From the NCBI GenBank assembly GCA_032718475.1, contig JAUCBJ010007937.1, forward strand, positions 1 through 64,000: a DNA stretch of 64,000 nucleotides, written 5' to 3'. The notes beneath the pieces are model-generated. The model saw only the letters and a program-made list of their open reading frames with translations. It was not told the DNA's origin and ran no database searches. The DNA comes from Nemertoderma westbladi (Eukaryota; Animalia; Xenacoelomorpha). Shown here piece by piece: positions 12,958-24,415 of this stretch (positions are counted from its first letter, which is position 1; every line of letters starts with the position of its first letter). Made by a program: the position numbers and the translations under genes.

Positions 12958-13034
12958 GGTTCAGTAGCTCAGTTGGTAGAGCGTTGGAAATTATATGTGT
13001 AGTAGGTATCGAGTTCGAATCCTAGTAAGTGCGA
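12958..13034 (+). promoter_or_regulatory. tRNA-like Pol III A/B-box module in the LTR (second copy 29659-29735)
   Basis: TAGCTCAGTTGGTAGAGC (A box/D arm) and GAGTTCGAATCC (B box/T loop) at tRNA spacing; acceptor and anticodon stems do not pair, so not a functional tRNA. Confidence 0.65.
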
Positions 13035-13100
13035 ATTATTTTTTGTGCAGAATTTCAACTCATTTAAATTAACCGCTACAAATTAATTGCATTTGTCTGT

Positions 13101-13380
13101 ACCAATGAGGCTGTAGTTATTTGATTGTAACCAATGTCGTGCAAGTTATATATTAGCTGGACCAATAGCTATCTTTAAAACCCTGTTAGAACCTATAGAA
13201 CAATCGGGAATTTTCTCGATTGATTGCGGCACAAATTTGGTATAAAAAGGTGCGATTTGTTCATTAGTTGACAATTATATCTATCTAATTCAATCTCAAT
13301 TGCTGATCTACCTTAACTTTCTGTCTTATTTCAGATTACATTGTTTATTGTATAATAGTTATTATATCTTTTGTAATAAA
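13101..13380 (+). promoter_or_regulatory. Putative LTR Pol II promoter and poly(A) signal of element B
   Basis: CCAAT at ~13102, 13131 and 13162; TATAAAA at 13241; AATAAA at 13375. Confidence 0.5.
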
Positions 13381-15547
13381 AGTCAGAAATACTAGTCACA
13401 TCTCAGCCCTTTTCTATCTGTTTTACTATGGTTTCACTACGGTGAACAAACTCAGGGACAGGATGGCCGGCTAGAGATCGGGCCGCAGCAATGAACGGGA
13501 ACATCACGGGAATGTAGACGAGAGACAACCCGCAATACCATTTAGAGTTATTCGCCCATCGCCTGAAAGGTTAGACAGCGTTCGATCCTTGCTACCTAAG
13601 TGTAAGACCAAAAGATCAAAAGGTAGACGTAGTGACACGCTGTAAGCCCAAAATTACATCATAGGGACTGTACCGTCTTGATTCAGGAAAAACCCACAGT
13701 AGACCTTCATATTCCTACGGGGGAGGGAGAGAGAGCAGATACTAGTACGCAGATAGGACGTAGGCACACCGGTACAAGGCATACACATTGGTTAGGGTGC
13801 AGCAAACTGTACGCTTAACTCTTGCTAAGTACAGGTGTGTGTGCGACTATTTACAGTACGACAGTGTCCATTACATCAGAACTTGTAGGCTAAGGGGGTT
13901 GCTGTGTTTTCACCTGAATTGGGATTGTACCGTTCAGGCGGTAGGGCAGTTTACACTAGGCGCAAATAAATTGAGGCTATCAGGGATATACTAACATCTA
14001 CCGTGTCCCCGCCAACGCCCTAATAGGAAGTTACCCGGACTACCTGGGTGACTAAAATTCTAGATAGGAGCCAGGATAGCTATTAGTACCCGTACGCCTA
14101 CAGTAGTAAACTAACACATCTCTTCTTAGTATCAGGGACCTGGTACCTAAAATTGCCGAATTCTGGGCGTAGTATTAACCTTATGCCTGAATTTGAGTCC
14201 TGGAAATACGCAAGAGGGGAAGGAACCTTATCATTCGTGAGTATTGGACCTACAAGTTACAAATTTAGAATATTCGTAAATGCACACCGCACCCAGTAAT
14301 TATATATGTGAAGGAGCAAAACTGTTTTGACCGTTCAGAATTAACACACGCGCGTTAGAAATTATTTACACCTCGAAATATATAAAATTAACTTTTGTCC
14401 GTACTGTGCTTTGCCCGCTAGTTAGACATCTCCAAATATCTGCTCTGTACCTAGCTAGCGTCCCTTTGCCCAACCATATAAATCACACCGCGGCAAAGTA
14501 TACGAGCCTCTTAGTCCGTCAGTGAGTCAGCCTGATTTTAGGATTCGATGCGCGGGATTTTGTTTCATCGAAGTTTGTCTGCTCGTAGACTGTTTTCTGC
14601 CTCACCGGTTATAAGAGATCGATACTGCAATATATTCGCTTACTTAGAGTTTACTGTTTTGGTGAGAAGGTCGGATTTATGATTTGATTCACAAACTTTA
14701 CAGTAGGATATTGCAGGTATTGTTGCTGTCTCTTCAATTAGTAGGAATGTGTTTTACTGAACTACGGTTCGGTAGGACTAAAGTTATTTGAAAATTTTGT
14801 ATTTTGAGGTAAAAGTTTGTATTTGATTAGCTAAGTGCTAATTTTGAAATAAAAATTTGATTTGAACCGCGTGTAAAATATTTTGGAATTGAATACCGGT
14901 GTTTAAAAGGGGTTTAAATACCATATTGTACCGGTACAAAATTTTCGTAAAAGTAAAACCTAACTCTTTTGTTTTTCAGGATTCAGAACTCATTTCTAGA
15001 CTGTAACGGGAGCAAGACCGTGTTTAGCAAGTTTGGGAGATAGATAACTCAACAACTTTGGTTGGGAAAATCGCGTTTCGTCCGCAACGTTAAAAACGGA
15101 AAGGTTCACGTCCGGTTTGTATCTGAGAATCTGTTTTTCTGGAGAATTATTGGAGTGGGTGAGTTTGAAAAGTTGCATAAATAAGTTAGGCATTACCGTA
15201 TTAGTTAAAATTATTGTGGGTTCCACTGTCTCAAGTATTTATGCATTCCGTATGATTTCTTTGTTCATTGCTGAATTAGTCCGTATTATTGTATTTAATT
15301 TACCTTTTGATAACGCATATCGTTATCCGATTTATTTGTTATAAAATTGGCCGCTAGGCTAATTTTATTATATACTTATTCCGTGACATTTATTTGCTGT
15401 AAAATTGGCCGTTTAGGCTAATTTTATCCATCTGCTATAAAATCGGCCGGTAGGCTAATTTTATAAGACTGTAATTAGTACCGTTTTATACAAATACGGT
15501 AAATTCGATACTTTGACACTCACTTCACTTGACTTACAACTACCGAA

Positions 15548-18500
15548 ATGAGTGACAAACAAGACTATACGAAGAATACACCTACCGACTATGACTCATG
15601 TGACGGAGATAAGTCAGCAGCGGAAGAACAACAGGGGAAGACTCGCGAGCCTACCGAACCTACACCGTGTGCGTCACCAGTACATCCAACGGGAGTACCG
15701 GATGCCGTAGTACGAGGCGACGGCAGGACCGAGGACTTTCTAACTGTTCCGCAACCTAGATATAGGGAAACGGAAATGGTAAGTTCAGCAGGAAGCACAG
15801 AAAGTGTGGTTAGAAGCGTCGGTGGATACATGGCGCATATAACCAGGAGTATTGGAGAAGGCCAACGCATATTAGACGGGTTGACCGCTCCGATGTCTCG
15901 ATTCGAGTTCTACACCCTCCAGGTTAGAGTACAGAGTAAAGTATATAAGTCCGTAGATAATCTAGTTGGCCTACAAGATCTAGCTAGACAGAGACAGGAC
16001 ATGGATACTCAACTTAGAATCCTCGAGAAACTAATGATCACTAGAGAGAAACTGATTCAGTTTAAGTCGACGATTAGACAGATACAACAGGAACAAGCGG
16101 ACCAGTTGTTAGGTGAGTCAGTTTCAGACGAATTATTACAGCCCGAGGAAGAACAGGAACTGTACCGACTGGATGGACAATTGAAACACCTGACAGATCA
16201 CTTACGCATGTGTGGCGAGGACGTCGGAGATTTGGAAACCGTGCCGGAATACACGAGGGAAACTCCATTCGCACAAATCGAATCGGCACCGGAAATATTG
16301 AATCAATCATTGGTAAGTATTCGTAGCGAAATCTGCGAGGGAAGTATGGTCACGTCAGAAGTTGCTCGACAACAGCAACAGTTCTACAGACAGCAACACG
16401 AGATGGAAGAACAAGCTCAACTTCTAATGCTACAAGCAGCAGTAGAAGAAGAGAAGCTACGCGTTGCAAATATAGCAAGAATCTCCCACCTGCAAGAACA
16501 AGCCGAGTTGGAAGCAGCCGAGATGGAAAGGTTAGAGTTGGACATTGCGCAACAAACAGCAGCAGCGGCAGCGGCTGAGTCAGAGCGACAAGCGGCATCG
16601 GCTGAGTCAGAGCGACAAGCGGCAGCGGCTGAGTCAGAGCGACAAGCGGCAGCGGCTGAGTCAGAGCGACAAGCGGCAGCGGCTGAGTCAGAGCGACAAG
16701 CGACAGCGGCAGCGGCAGCGGCGAAGATAGAGAGAAACCGGTTAGTTTTAGAAGCCAGAGCAGAAATGAAGACACGGCAAATAAAGGCCCAGTCAGCTAT
16801 ACGACAAGCGGAACTCGAGGCGCAACAACAACAAACGGAACAACACGAGAAAGAAGTTAAACTTCGTTTCGAACTCGAGAAGAAGGCGAGAGAATTAGCC
16901 AACGCCAAGGAAGACCTGGATCTACAAGCCTGCGATCGATCGATGAGATCTCGTGACGGACATGATTTGGACCAGTTAGAGGTAAGACATCGCCAAATTC
17001 AGGAACGAAAGAAGGAAGGAAGTGTAGGAGCACCCGGACGGGAACGACAATTAGTAAAAGACGTGTGTCAACGATTCCCACAGGTAACTCATATGTTTGC
17101 ACCGGTTACGACTAAGGAACCTATTTCGATTGCTGGTAGCAGCGATATCTCTCCTATCCATGGTGTGACGGAACACAGGTTTGTTATTCCGGACGAGTTT
17201 ACCCCGCCAAGGGCAACGTCGTCGCCTATTCCGAAAGTCAAGGTAAGTAACCCACCGATTACAGATCGTAGTAGTTTATTAGTCGGACCTGCACTACTGA
17301 CGATAAAACAGGTGAGTCCACCTTTGACACCTAAACCCGTTACGCACTACGATTACCCAATGACATTTCGGCCTACAAGGCCTTTGGATTCAAACGCGGT
17401 CGTCCGACCACCGTTCAACCAGTTTACATCGCAATCTACGACTTCGAGGAAGACTTGTGAGCCTACCGAACAACGGAGAACAGTGGAGACGCGACCATTC
17501 AACCAGTTTACATCGCAATCTACGACTTCGAGGAAGACTTGTGAGCCTACCGAACAACGGAGAACAGTGGAGACGCGACCATTCAACCAGTTTACATCGC
17601 AATCTACGACTTCGAGGAAGACTTGTGAGCCTACCGAACAACGGAGAACAGTGGAGACGCGACCATTCAACCAATTTACATCGCAATCTACGACTTCGAG
17701 GAAGACTTGTGAGCCTACCGAACAACGTAGATCAGTGGACGATGTTCCGAAACGGAATGTTAGAATTCGTACGACGCAACGGACGCGAGCACGTCGACCA
17801 CCATATCCGGATGATAGTAGTACTTCGAGCGAATCGGATTACCCGAAACGCGAGGTATTTAGAACAGGGGCGGCCGATGAATATAAACGCGAGCGTTCAG
17901 ACAACTCCTTTGCAGATAACCCTCCACAGAATACACCAACACAGAAGGCGTTACAACCAACGGATGCAATTAGTACACAACAGTTCGCCGACATCCTGCG
18001 ACCAGTTGTCAACAAGTTGGCTCAGATCGAGGAACGTCTGGAGGAAGGTTACACCGACAGTTCGAGAAATTCCGAATTCGAACACAATAGACACCCGAAG
18101 GGACCACAAAGACCGGTACCTTCAAACCCCACATCATATCAGGGAAAAGCGCCAAGAAGGGATATCAACAAGAATACCAACCAAGGACGCGAAACTCTGA
18201 ACGTTGCAGAGGAGATAGCGAAATTCGCAGCCAGACAGGGATTGCCGGTACAACAACCACCGAAGTTTTCCGGTAGCTCAAAACACTGGCATACCTTCGT
18301 AGACTATATCGAATCCCAGATCGCCGTGTGCGCCTTTACATCACGGGAGAAGTTCAATTACCTGCTTCAAACGTTGTCAGGAGAACCTAAACGTTTGGCG
18401 GAGACTTTCGTCGGTGTACCGGACGCTTTCGAACTAGCGTACGATCGTTTGACTTCGATATACGGAGGTACAGTGAGCATGGCCAGGTCAGTAATAGAGG

Positions 18501-21500
18501 AACTCTGTAAGGGAGGGGCTATCACTAAACCCGTCGACTTACTAAAACTAGCTGACGAGATCAAGAACGCTATCACTACCTTAAGATCAATTGGACAACT
18601 TGATTACGGGAATACCCCTACAGTTCTATTAAAGATAATAGGACGACTCCACCATCGACTTCGTCGGGAGTGGAGGAAGGTCGAATACCAGCGAGAGGAG
18701 CGAGGAGGATTCCTAAAATTAGAAGATGTGTACCTTTTAATATCCAGGGAGGCGGTAGTAGAAACTCGATCTAACTACACCGACCAGCACATCGTGGCAG
18801 AAGGAATCACATTGCCCTCTTCAAACCGACAAAAACCCCAGACAACATCCACAAAGACGGCCACTTACGCCACATCGACGGAATCACGACAATTCTCAGA
18901 CGGTAATAGAGTATCTGCGCCTATTGGGACGAAACAGACGAGACAGCAACTCAGCACCGACTTCAACGGCTGCCAATACTGCGAGCATCTAGGTAAGCGG
19001 TATATTGGTCACAAGTTACGAGGTTGTCGACAATTTCGCGAGTTGAACTCGGAAGAACGACGGCTGCAGATACGGCCACTGGACTCTTGTTGGCGGTGTA
19101 CGCGACACGGACACGTCCGTAAGGATTGCCCAAATACCGACACTTGTCCATCCTGTGGACGCAACCATGACGGTCTGCTCCACACGGACAGCCACACGCC
19201 GACGAAACGCTTCGCCAGGGAACACCCGGAAGCAGCAGCGAGATGTGATGCGGCCTACCGAAAACGAGAATCGAAAACGACTCCGACCTTCGTGACACAT
19301 ATTGAGGATTGCTTCTCAGAACAATCCGGATCGTCGGACGAAGAATCAGAAGACGACGACGAATATTCCAATGGAGACGAACAACCGTCGATCGCGCTTC
19401 TAACCACTGACCAACTGAAGGGATTCAGTGTAATCCCGATTAAGATCACTGGCACAAAGGGGAGTAAGAGGATTTACGCGATTCTAGACTCAGCCTCATC
19501 TCACAGTTACGTGGATGAAAAGATAGCTGACGTCGTAACGGATCTCAGACAAGGTAAACACGTCAGTTATACAGTAAGTAGTATGCACGGACAGCGTGCA
19601 ATACCAGTGACACGAGTTAAGTTGGACTTAGACTCTCTTCTTCCAAAATCGCAACACAGCGAGAGGGAGAGGTCTTTGTTACCCTTTAGAGATCTAACCT
19701 TTGCGGCCACGAAGGACTTTAGTAACCTACTAGGTCCAGTGCCGGAACAATCTCTGGAGGACCGTAAGTATTTCAGACACCTTGGTGTACCCGAATGTCC
19801 TGTCAATTATAGATCGGTAGCAATGCTGATCGGGACGGACCAATTCAACCTACATCAGGTGTGGGAAACCAGACCATCGGCAGTTGTAGCAGGAAACGCA
19901 TACGCCTGCAGAACGCCGATAGGGTGGTATACTCGAGCGCCTGTGCGCACACTAGACGTAAGTGACGAGGAAGACGATGTACAGAGTACATGTAGTTTAT
20001 TAACTACAAATTCAATCCATTCCTTTTCACACGACGTGAACCATACTACGCTACAGTCGACAAAACATGACAGACGGGTAACTAGTATGATAAGTCACAA
20101 GGAGCAGCTAACCCACAAGGTGAGTCTAGGACTTGGGGGGAAGACGAGTCAGCTAGAGATTCCATCGACGACAGATGATAGGCTTGCGAGTCTACCTACC
20201 CCAATAACCTCAACAGTGCCCGTCGATATCGACGATGACGCGTTGAAAATTCATCAGTTGGAACAAGCCGCCTTGGACAAAGAATTAACGGAGAAGACTA
20301 TCAGGTGGTTAGAACAAGATACAGCTGAACCTGGTAGCTACGAACCTTGTATGTCGGAACAGGAGAAACAATCTCTAAAGATCATGGAAGATACTATCCG
20401 ACAGACGGAGGACGGACATTACGAGGTGGGGATGTTATGGCGTAGCCAAAGTCCTAAACTTATAAATAACTACCCACTGGCTTTGAGACGTCTACACTCA
20501 ATACGACAACGTCTATTAAAGGACGAGAAAGCCCATCTGCAGTACAACACTCAGATGGAGACGTATTTGACTGAAGGATACGCTATCCGAATGACTAACC
20601 CGGAGCGAGTGACCGACCAGACATACTACCTGCCACATCACTATGTGAGACATCCCGACAAACCAGATAAAGTACGCGTAGTCAATGATTGTGCGGCTCT
20701 ATTTGAGGGAATGTCCCTCAATAGTGAGTTGATGGATGGACCGAACATGAATAATTATCTTATGGGGGTGATTATGCGCTTCCGTCAGCGTCAAGTAGCC
20801 TTTACTTGCGACGTTGAAGCGATGTTTCACCAAGTAAAAGCGTTAGAGCGAGACAGAGACAGTTTGCGGTTCCTCTGGTATCCGGAAGGAGACTTAAGTC
20901 TACCACCAGCGACTTACCAAATGCAAGTTCGCGTCTTCGGTGCCAGAGACAGCCCAAATTGTACGATGTACGCCTTGAAGCAAGCCGCTAGAGATCAGAA
21001 ACATCTATATGACCCAGAGATAATTAGAATTGTAGAACGTGACTTTTACGTCGACGACGGTTTACAGAGTTGCGACACAGTAGAACGTGCTACAACAGTA
21101 GCACATCAATTACGGGACTGCTTGGCGGGCGGAGGTTTTAACCTCACCAAATTCGCCTCAAACAGTGCCGAACTAGTAGACTCATTCGGAACTACTGAGC
21201 GTGGAGGTGGTGACATAGACCTAGAGTTCGAACCACTACCGACGACTAAGGTGTTAGGGCTCTTTTGGGACCCAAACACAGACAACTTTCGAGTGAAGGT
21301 GAGACTGGACAGTCAAGGAAACACACTGACCAAGAGATCATGCTTGTCAAAATTGAGCCGATTGTTCGATCCGTTAGGATTCATCAGTCCAGTGATACTG
21401 CAAGCCCGCATTTATATGCGCAGTATATGGAAGGATGGACTAACATGGGACGAGCCGATCTCATCAGACCAAGTGGACTTATGGAAGACCTGGGAGGCGG

Positions 21501-24415
21501 AATTATCTTCACTAGAGGATTATTTCATACCCAGGGTTTACTTTCCATTACAAAGTACATTTCCTGACAACTTGGAACTACACTGTTTTTCTGACGCCAG
21601 TGACAACGGTTTTGGTGTGGCAGCGTATTTGCGCAGACAAGTAGAATCGGACGAGTTCGATGTTTCGCTCATTACTTCTAAGGCTAAGACCATGCCTACT
21701 AAGTATATGACGACGCCACGAGCCGAGCTACAAGCCGCGACCCTGTCAACCACCATCGTGAACCTCATACAGACAGAACTACAGTCGAGTTTACAGATAT
21801 TTTATTGGACTGACGCGACGTTGGTTTTATTTTACATAAACAACGACACACTCGAATTCAAGACATTCGTAGCTAACCGTCGCGCGGAAATTCTAGACCG
21901 TTCAATAAAGGAGGATTGGCGACATTGTCCCGGACCACAAAACCCAGCTGATATTGCGTCGCGAGGAATGATGCCTGAGGAATTCTGTAAACCGGAGAAC
22001 AAAGAGTTTTGGCAACACGGACCCCAGTTCTTGCAGAAATCGACACAAGATTGGCCTCCGTTATACGACAACAAGTCCAACACCATTCCTAAGGACGCCG
22101 AAATCAAGAAACCAAAAAAGGGGAAGACAAAGAAAAAGACGACGGCGACAAAACTCAAGAAAAAACCGAAGGCGAAATGGAAGGATATAACTTCAAAGGT
22201 CAAGAGAGGAAGACTTGCGAGCCTTTCTACACCAGACATATCGCCAGACGGTCAACCAGACACGTTACTAGACGGTCAACCAGACGTTTTGACAGACATG
22301 TCACAAAATGTTCCACCAGACGTTAGTAACACACTGACAAACAGTGAAGCCGCAGTTTCTCTATTGGAGCGGCCTTCTATTGACAAACAACTAGATACGT
22401 TACCAGACGTATCGCCAGACACATTACTAGACAGTCAACTAGACACTAGTAATGTATTGACTAACAATAAAGCCGCAGTTTCCCTATTGGAGCGGCCTTG
22501 TATTGACAAACTACCAATTTTGACACACTTGAGCAACCATAAGCACGGTGAAACCTCATGTATTACAGATGTGGGTAGTACCTACGCTAATGTAAATACA
22601 GGTGTTACTTTGCGCTCAAGAGACATACCGAACCTGCAACCTACGTTGAGACCTGGGATTAATGTCGGCAGAAAAATAAGTTTACCGAAACCTGCTGACC
22701 CCATAGAGTTCAAACCACCATTAACGATCGACTTACAAAGTACCGACAATCAAGGTAATAGGACAAAAAGGGACAAATTACTTGTAGACCCGGACGGATC
22801 AACAGTCAACAAGGGAATACTTACCGGCGGACCCGTGGGCCCTTCTAGTAATTCAAAACCTTCCAAATTCTCCATTGACTTACCTGATGACGTCACAAAT
22901 ACTCATGTCGACCGTATTGTAAATCTAACAGATTCTTGGTCAAACGCTTGCCGAAAATTAGCGTGGATTGTACGTTTCGTACAATACGTTAAAGGCAAAC
23001 GTGACTTTACACGTCGACTTACATTGGCTGAGATTGACAGGTGTGAGATTAAATTAATTCGCCATTATCAACTGCGATATTTCGCGCGCGAATTCACATC
23101 TATACATCAAGGTCAACCAATCAAGTCGTCACCGATACTGTGTTGGAGTCCGATTATTTACAATGGCTTAATTTGTCATAAATCTCGGCTTCAAAACATT
23201 GACTTTAACACAAACTTTAGGTACCCAATAATAATACCGCAACACCACGAACTACAACGTGCAATGATACTGGACGCACATCTACATCTGAAACACGCTG
23301 GAAGACACCATTGTCTTTCCTACTTACGTACTAGATTTGTATTAATTAGACCCAGTAAAGCATTAAGTTCAGTGACACGTACGTGTATTATTTGTAAAAA
23401 GGTACATTCTAGAATAGGTACCCAAGAAATGAGTGAACTACCACAAGCACGACTTCAAGCATTCAGACCACCTTTTACAGAGACTGGTATTGATTGCTTT
23501 GGTCCCATACATACGAAACGTGGACGTATACTAGTAAAACGCTGGGGACTGATTTTCACATGTATGTCCAGTAGGGCAGTTCATATTGAACGTGTGATGG
23601 ATCTTTCCACCAACGCGTTTATACTAGCACTGCGGCGATTTATCGCTAGACGCGGACTAGTAAAATGCTTGTACTCAGACCAAGGGACAAACTTTGTTGG
23701 TGCTCGGAATGAGATTGCTAGAGCCTTTAAGAAATTAGATCATGATCAAATCTCAAACGAACTGCAACCTCACAAGATTGTTTGGAAGTTCAATCCTCCA
23801 GATAGTCCTTGGAGAGGCGGAGTCTGGGAGAGACTGATTAGATCTATAAAGACAGCAATGGCAAAGGTCATTCCAGTAAACCACATATTAACAGACGACC
23901 AACTGACAACATTGTTTGTTGAAATCGAGGCAATACTAAATACTAGACCAATAGTATTAGTACCCGATGACAAACAATCTCAGTTTGCTTTGACACCGGC
24001 ACACCTGCTAATGCAGGCACCGACGACTTTGACACCGATTTCTATTCCAATAGAAAGCGACAGCTACGGTAGAAAAGCGTGGAAAATCACGCAACTACTG
24101 GCTAACAAATTCTGGGAAATATGGCAAAACCATTATTTGCCCTCTATTTCTGCCAGAACAACATGGTACAATAACACCCGCGCATTAAAGCCGGGAGATC
24201 ACGTGCTGTTGGCAGAAGTGAATCTAAAAAGACGCTTCTGGATAACAGGTGTCATTTTAGCCACACATCCATCTATGGATGGAGTGACAAGAACTGTGAC
24301 GGTACGGACAATTGACGGTCGTACAGTAGACAGACCGACTCAACGTCTCGTACTCCTTGAAGAGACTCGTAACGAGTCTGGAGACTACAAATCTCCACCT
24401 AATACTAGTAAATAA
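15548..24415 (+). CDS. BEL/Pao Gag-Pol polyprotein, 2955 aa, intact
   Basis: Coiled-coil/repeat N-terminus, gag core (PPKFSG), three zinc knuckles, protease ILDSAS, RT YVDD, RNase H FSDAS, integrase HHCC and SDQGTNF...WERL. Confidence 0.96.
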   Translation: MSDKQDYTKNTPTDYDSCDGDKSAAEEQQGKTREPTEPTPCASPVHPTGVPDAVVRGDGRTEDFLTVPQPRYRETEMVSSAGSTESVVRSVGGYMAHITRSIGEGQRILDGLTAPMSRFEFYTLQVRVQSKVYKSVDNLVGLQDLARQRQDMDTQLRILEKLMITREKLIQFKSTIRQIQQEQADQLLGESVSDELLQPEEEQELYRLDGQLKHLTDHLRMCGEDVGDLETVPEYTRETPFAQIESAPEILNQSLVSIRSEICEGSMVTSEVARQQQQFYRQQHEMEEQAQLLMLQAAVEEEKLRVANIARISHLQEQAELEAAEMERLELDIAQQTAAAAAAESERQAASAESERQAAAAESERQAAAAESERQAAAAESERQATAAAAAAKIERNRLVLEARAEMKTRQIKAQSAIRQAELEAQQQQTEQHEKEVKLRFELEKKARELANAKEDLDLQACDRSMRSRDGHDLDQLEVRHRQIQERKKEGSVGAPGRERQLVKDVCQRFPQVTHMFAPVTTKEPISIAGSSDISPIHGVTEHRFVIPDEFTPPRATSSPIPKVKVSNPPITDRSSLLVGPALLTIKQVSPPLTPKPVTHYDYPMTFRPTRPLDSNAVVRPPFNQFTSQSTTSRKTCEPTEQRRTVETRPFNQFTSQSTTSRKTCEPTEQRRTVETRPFNQFTSQSTTSRKTCEPTEQRRTVETRPFNQFTSQSTTSRKTCEPTEQRRSVDDVPKRNVRIRTTQRTRARRPPYPDDSSTSSESDYPKREVFRTGAADEYKRERSDNSFADNPPQNTPTQKALQPTDAISTQQFADILRPVVNKLAQIEERLEEGYTDSSRNSEFEHNRHPKGPQRPVPSNPTSYQGKAPRRDINKNTNQGRETLNVAEEIAKFAARQGLPVQQPPKFSGSSKHWHTFVDYIESQIAVCAFTSREKFNYLLQTLSGEPKRLAETFVGVPDAFELAYDRLTSIYGGTVSMARSVIEELCKGGAITKPVDLLKLADEIKNAITTLRSIGQLDYGNTPTVLLKIIGRLHHRLRREWRKVEYQREERGGFLKLEDVYLLISREAVVETRSNYTDQHIVAEGITLPSSNRQKPQTTSTKTATYATSTESRQFSDGNRVSAPIGTKQTRQQLSTDFNGCQYCEHLGKRYIGHKLRGCRQFRELNSEERRLQIRPLDSCWRCTRHGHVRKDCPNTDTCPSCGRNHDGLLHTDSHTPTKRFAREHPEAAARCDAAYRKRESKTTPTFVTHIEDCFSEQSGSSDEESEDDDEYSNGDEQPSIALLTTDQLKGFSVIPIKITGTKGSKRIYAILDSASSHSYVDEKIADVVTDLRQGKHVSYTVSSMHGQRAIPVTRVKLDLDSLLPKSQHSERERSLLPFRDLTFAATKDFSNLLGPVPEQSLEDRKYFRHLGVPECPVNYRSVAMLIGTDQFNLHQVWETRPSAVVAGNAYACRTPIGWYTRAPVRTLDVSDEEDDVQSTCSLLTTNSIHSFSHDVNHTTLQSTKHDRRVTSMISHKEQLTHKVSLGLGGKTSQLEIPSTTDDRLASLPTPITSTVPVDIDDDALKIHQLEQAALDKELTEKTIRWLEQDTAEPGSYEPCMSEQEKQSLKIMEDTIRQTEDGHYEVGMLWRSQSPKLINNYPLALRRLHSIRQRLLKDEKAHLQYNTQMETYLTEGYAIRMTNPERVTDQTYYLPHHYVRHPDKPDKVRVVNDCAALFEGMSLNSELMDGPNMNNYLMGVIMRFRQRQVAFTCDVEAMFHQVKALERDRDSLRFLWYPEGDLSLPPATYQMQVRVFGARDSPNCTMYALKQAARDQKHLYDPEIIRIVERDFYVDDGLQSCDTVERATTVAHQLRDCLAGGGFNLTKFASNSAELVDSFGTTERGGGDIDLEFEPLPTTKVLGLFWDPNTDNFRVKVRLDSQGNTLTKRSCLSKLSRLFDPLGFISPVILQARIYMRSIWKDGLTWDEPISSDQVDLWKTWEAELSSLEDYFIPRVYFPLQSTFPDNLELHCFSDASDNGFGVAAYLRRQVESDEFDVSLITSKAKTMPTKYMTTPRAELQAATLSTTIVNLIQTELQSSLQIFYWTDATLVLFYINNDTLEFKTFVANRRAEILDRSIKEDWRHCPGPQNPADIASRGMMPEEFCKPENKEFWQHGPQFLQKSTQDWPPLYDNKSNTIPKDAEIKKPKKGKTKKKTTATKLKKKPKAKWKDITSKVKRGRLASLSTPDISPDGQPDTLLDGQPDVLTDMSQNVPPDVSNTLTNSEAAVSLLERPSIDKQLDTLPDVSPDTLLDSQLDTSNVLTNNKAAVSLLERPCIDKLPILTHLSNHKHGETSCITDVGSTYANVNTGVTLRSRDIPNLQPTLRPGINVGRKISLPKPADPIEFKPPLTIDLQSTDNQGNRTKRDKLLVDPDGSTVNKGILTGGPVGPSSNSKPSKFSIDLPDDVTNTHVDRIVNLTDSWSNACRKLAWIVRFVQYVKGKRDFTRRLTLAEIDRCEIKLIRHYQLRYFAREFTSIHQGQPIKSSPILCWSPIIYNGLICHKSRLQNIDFNTNFRYPIIIPQHHELQRAMILDAHLHLKHAGRHHCLSYLRTRFVLIRPSKALSSVTRTCIICKKVHSRIGTQEMSELPQARLQAFRPPFTETGIDCFGPIHTKRGRILVKRWGLIFTCMSSRAVHIERVMDLSTNAFILALRRFIARRGLVKCLYSDQGTNFVGARNEIARAFKKLDHDQISNELQPHKIVWKFNPPDSPWRGGVWERLIRSIKTAMAKVIPVNHILTDDQLTTLFVEIEAILNTRPIVLVPDDKQSQFALTPAHLLMQAPTTLTPISIPIESDSYGRKAWKITQLLANKFWEIWQNHYLPSISARTTWYNNTRALKPGDHVLLAEVNLKRRFWITGVILATHPSMDGVTRTVTVRTIDGRTVDRPTQRLVLLEETRNESGDYKSPPNTSK
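17412..17730 (+). repeat. 84-bp tandem repeat x~4 in gag (PFNQFTSQSTTSRKTCEPTEQRR)
   Basis: Near-perfect in-frame repeats. Confidence 0.9.

Larger units (their letters stand above)
12832..14740 (+). repeat. 5' LTR of element B
   Basis: Direct repeat of 29533-31441; termini TATAGAA...CAATTA. Confidence 0.95.

Noticed and set aside
12958-13034. Functional tRNA gene
   Set aside because: Acceptor and anticodon stems cannot pair; kept only as a tRNA-like module.
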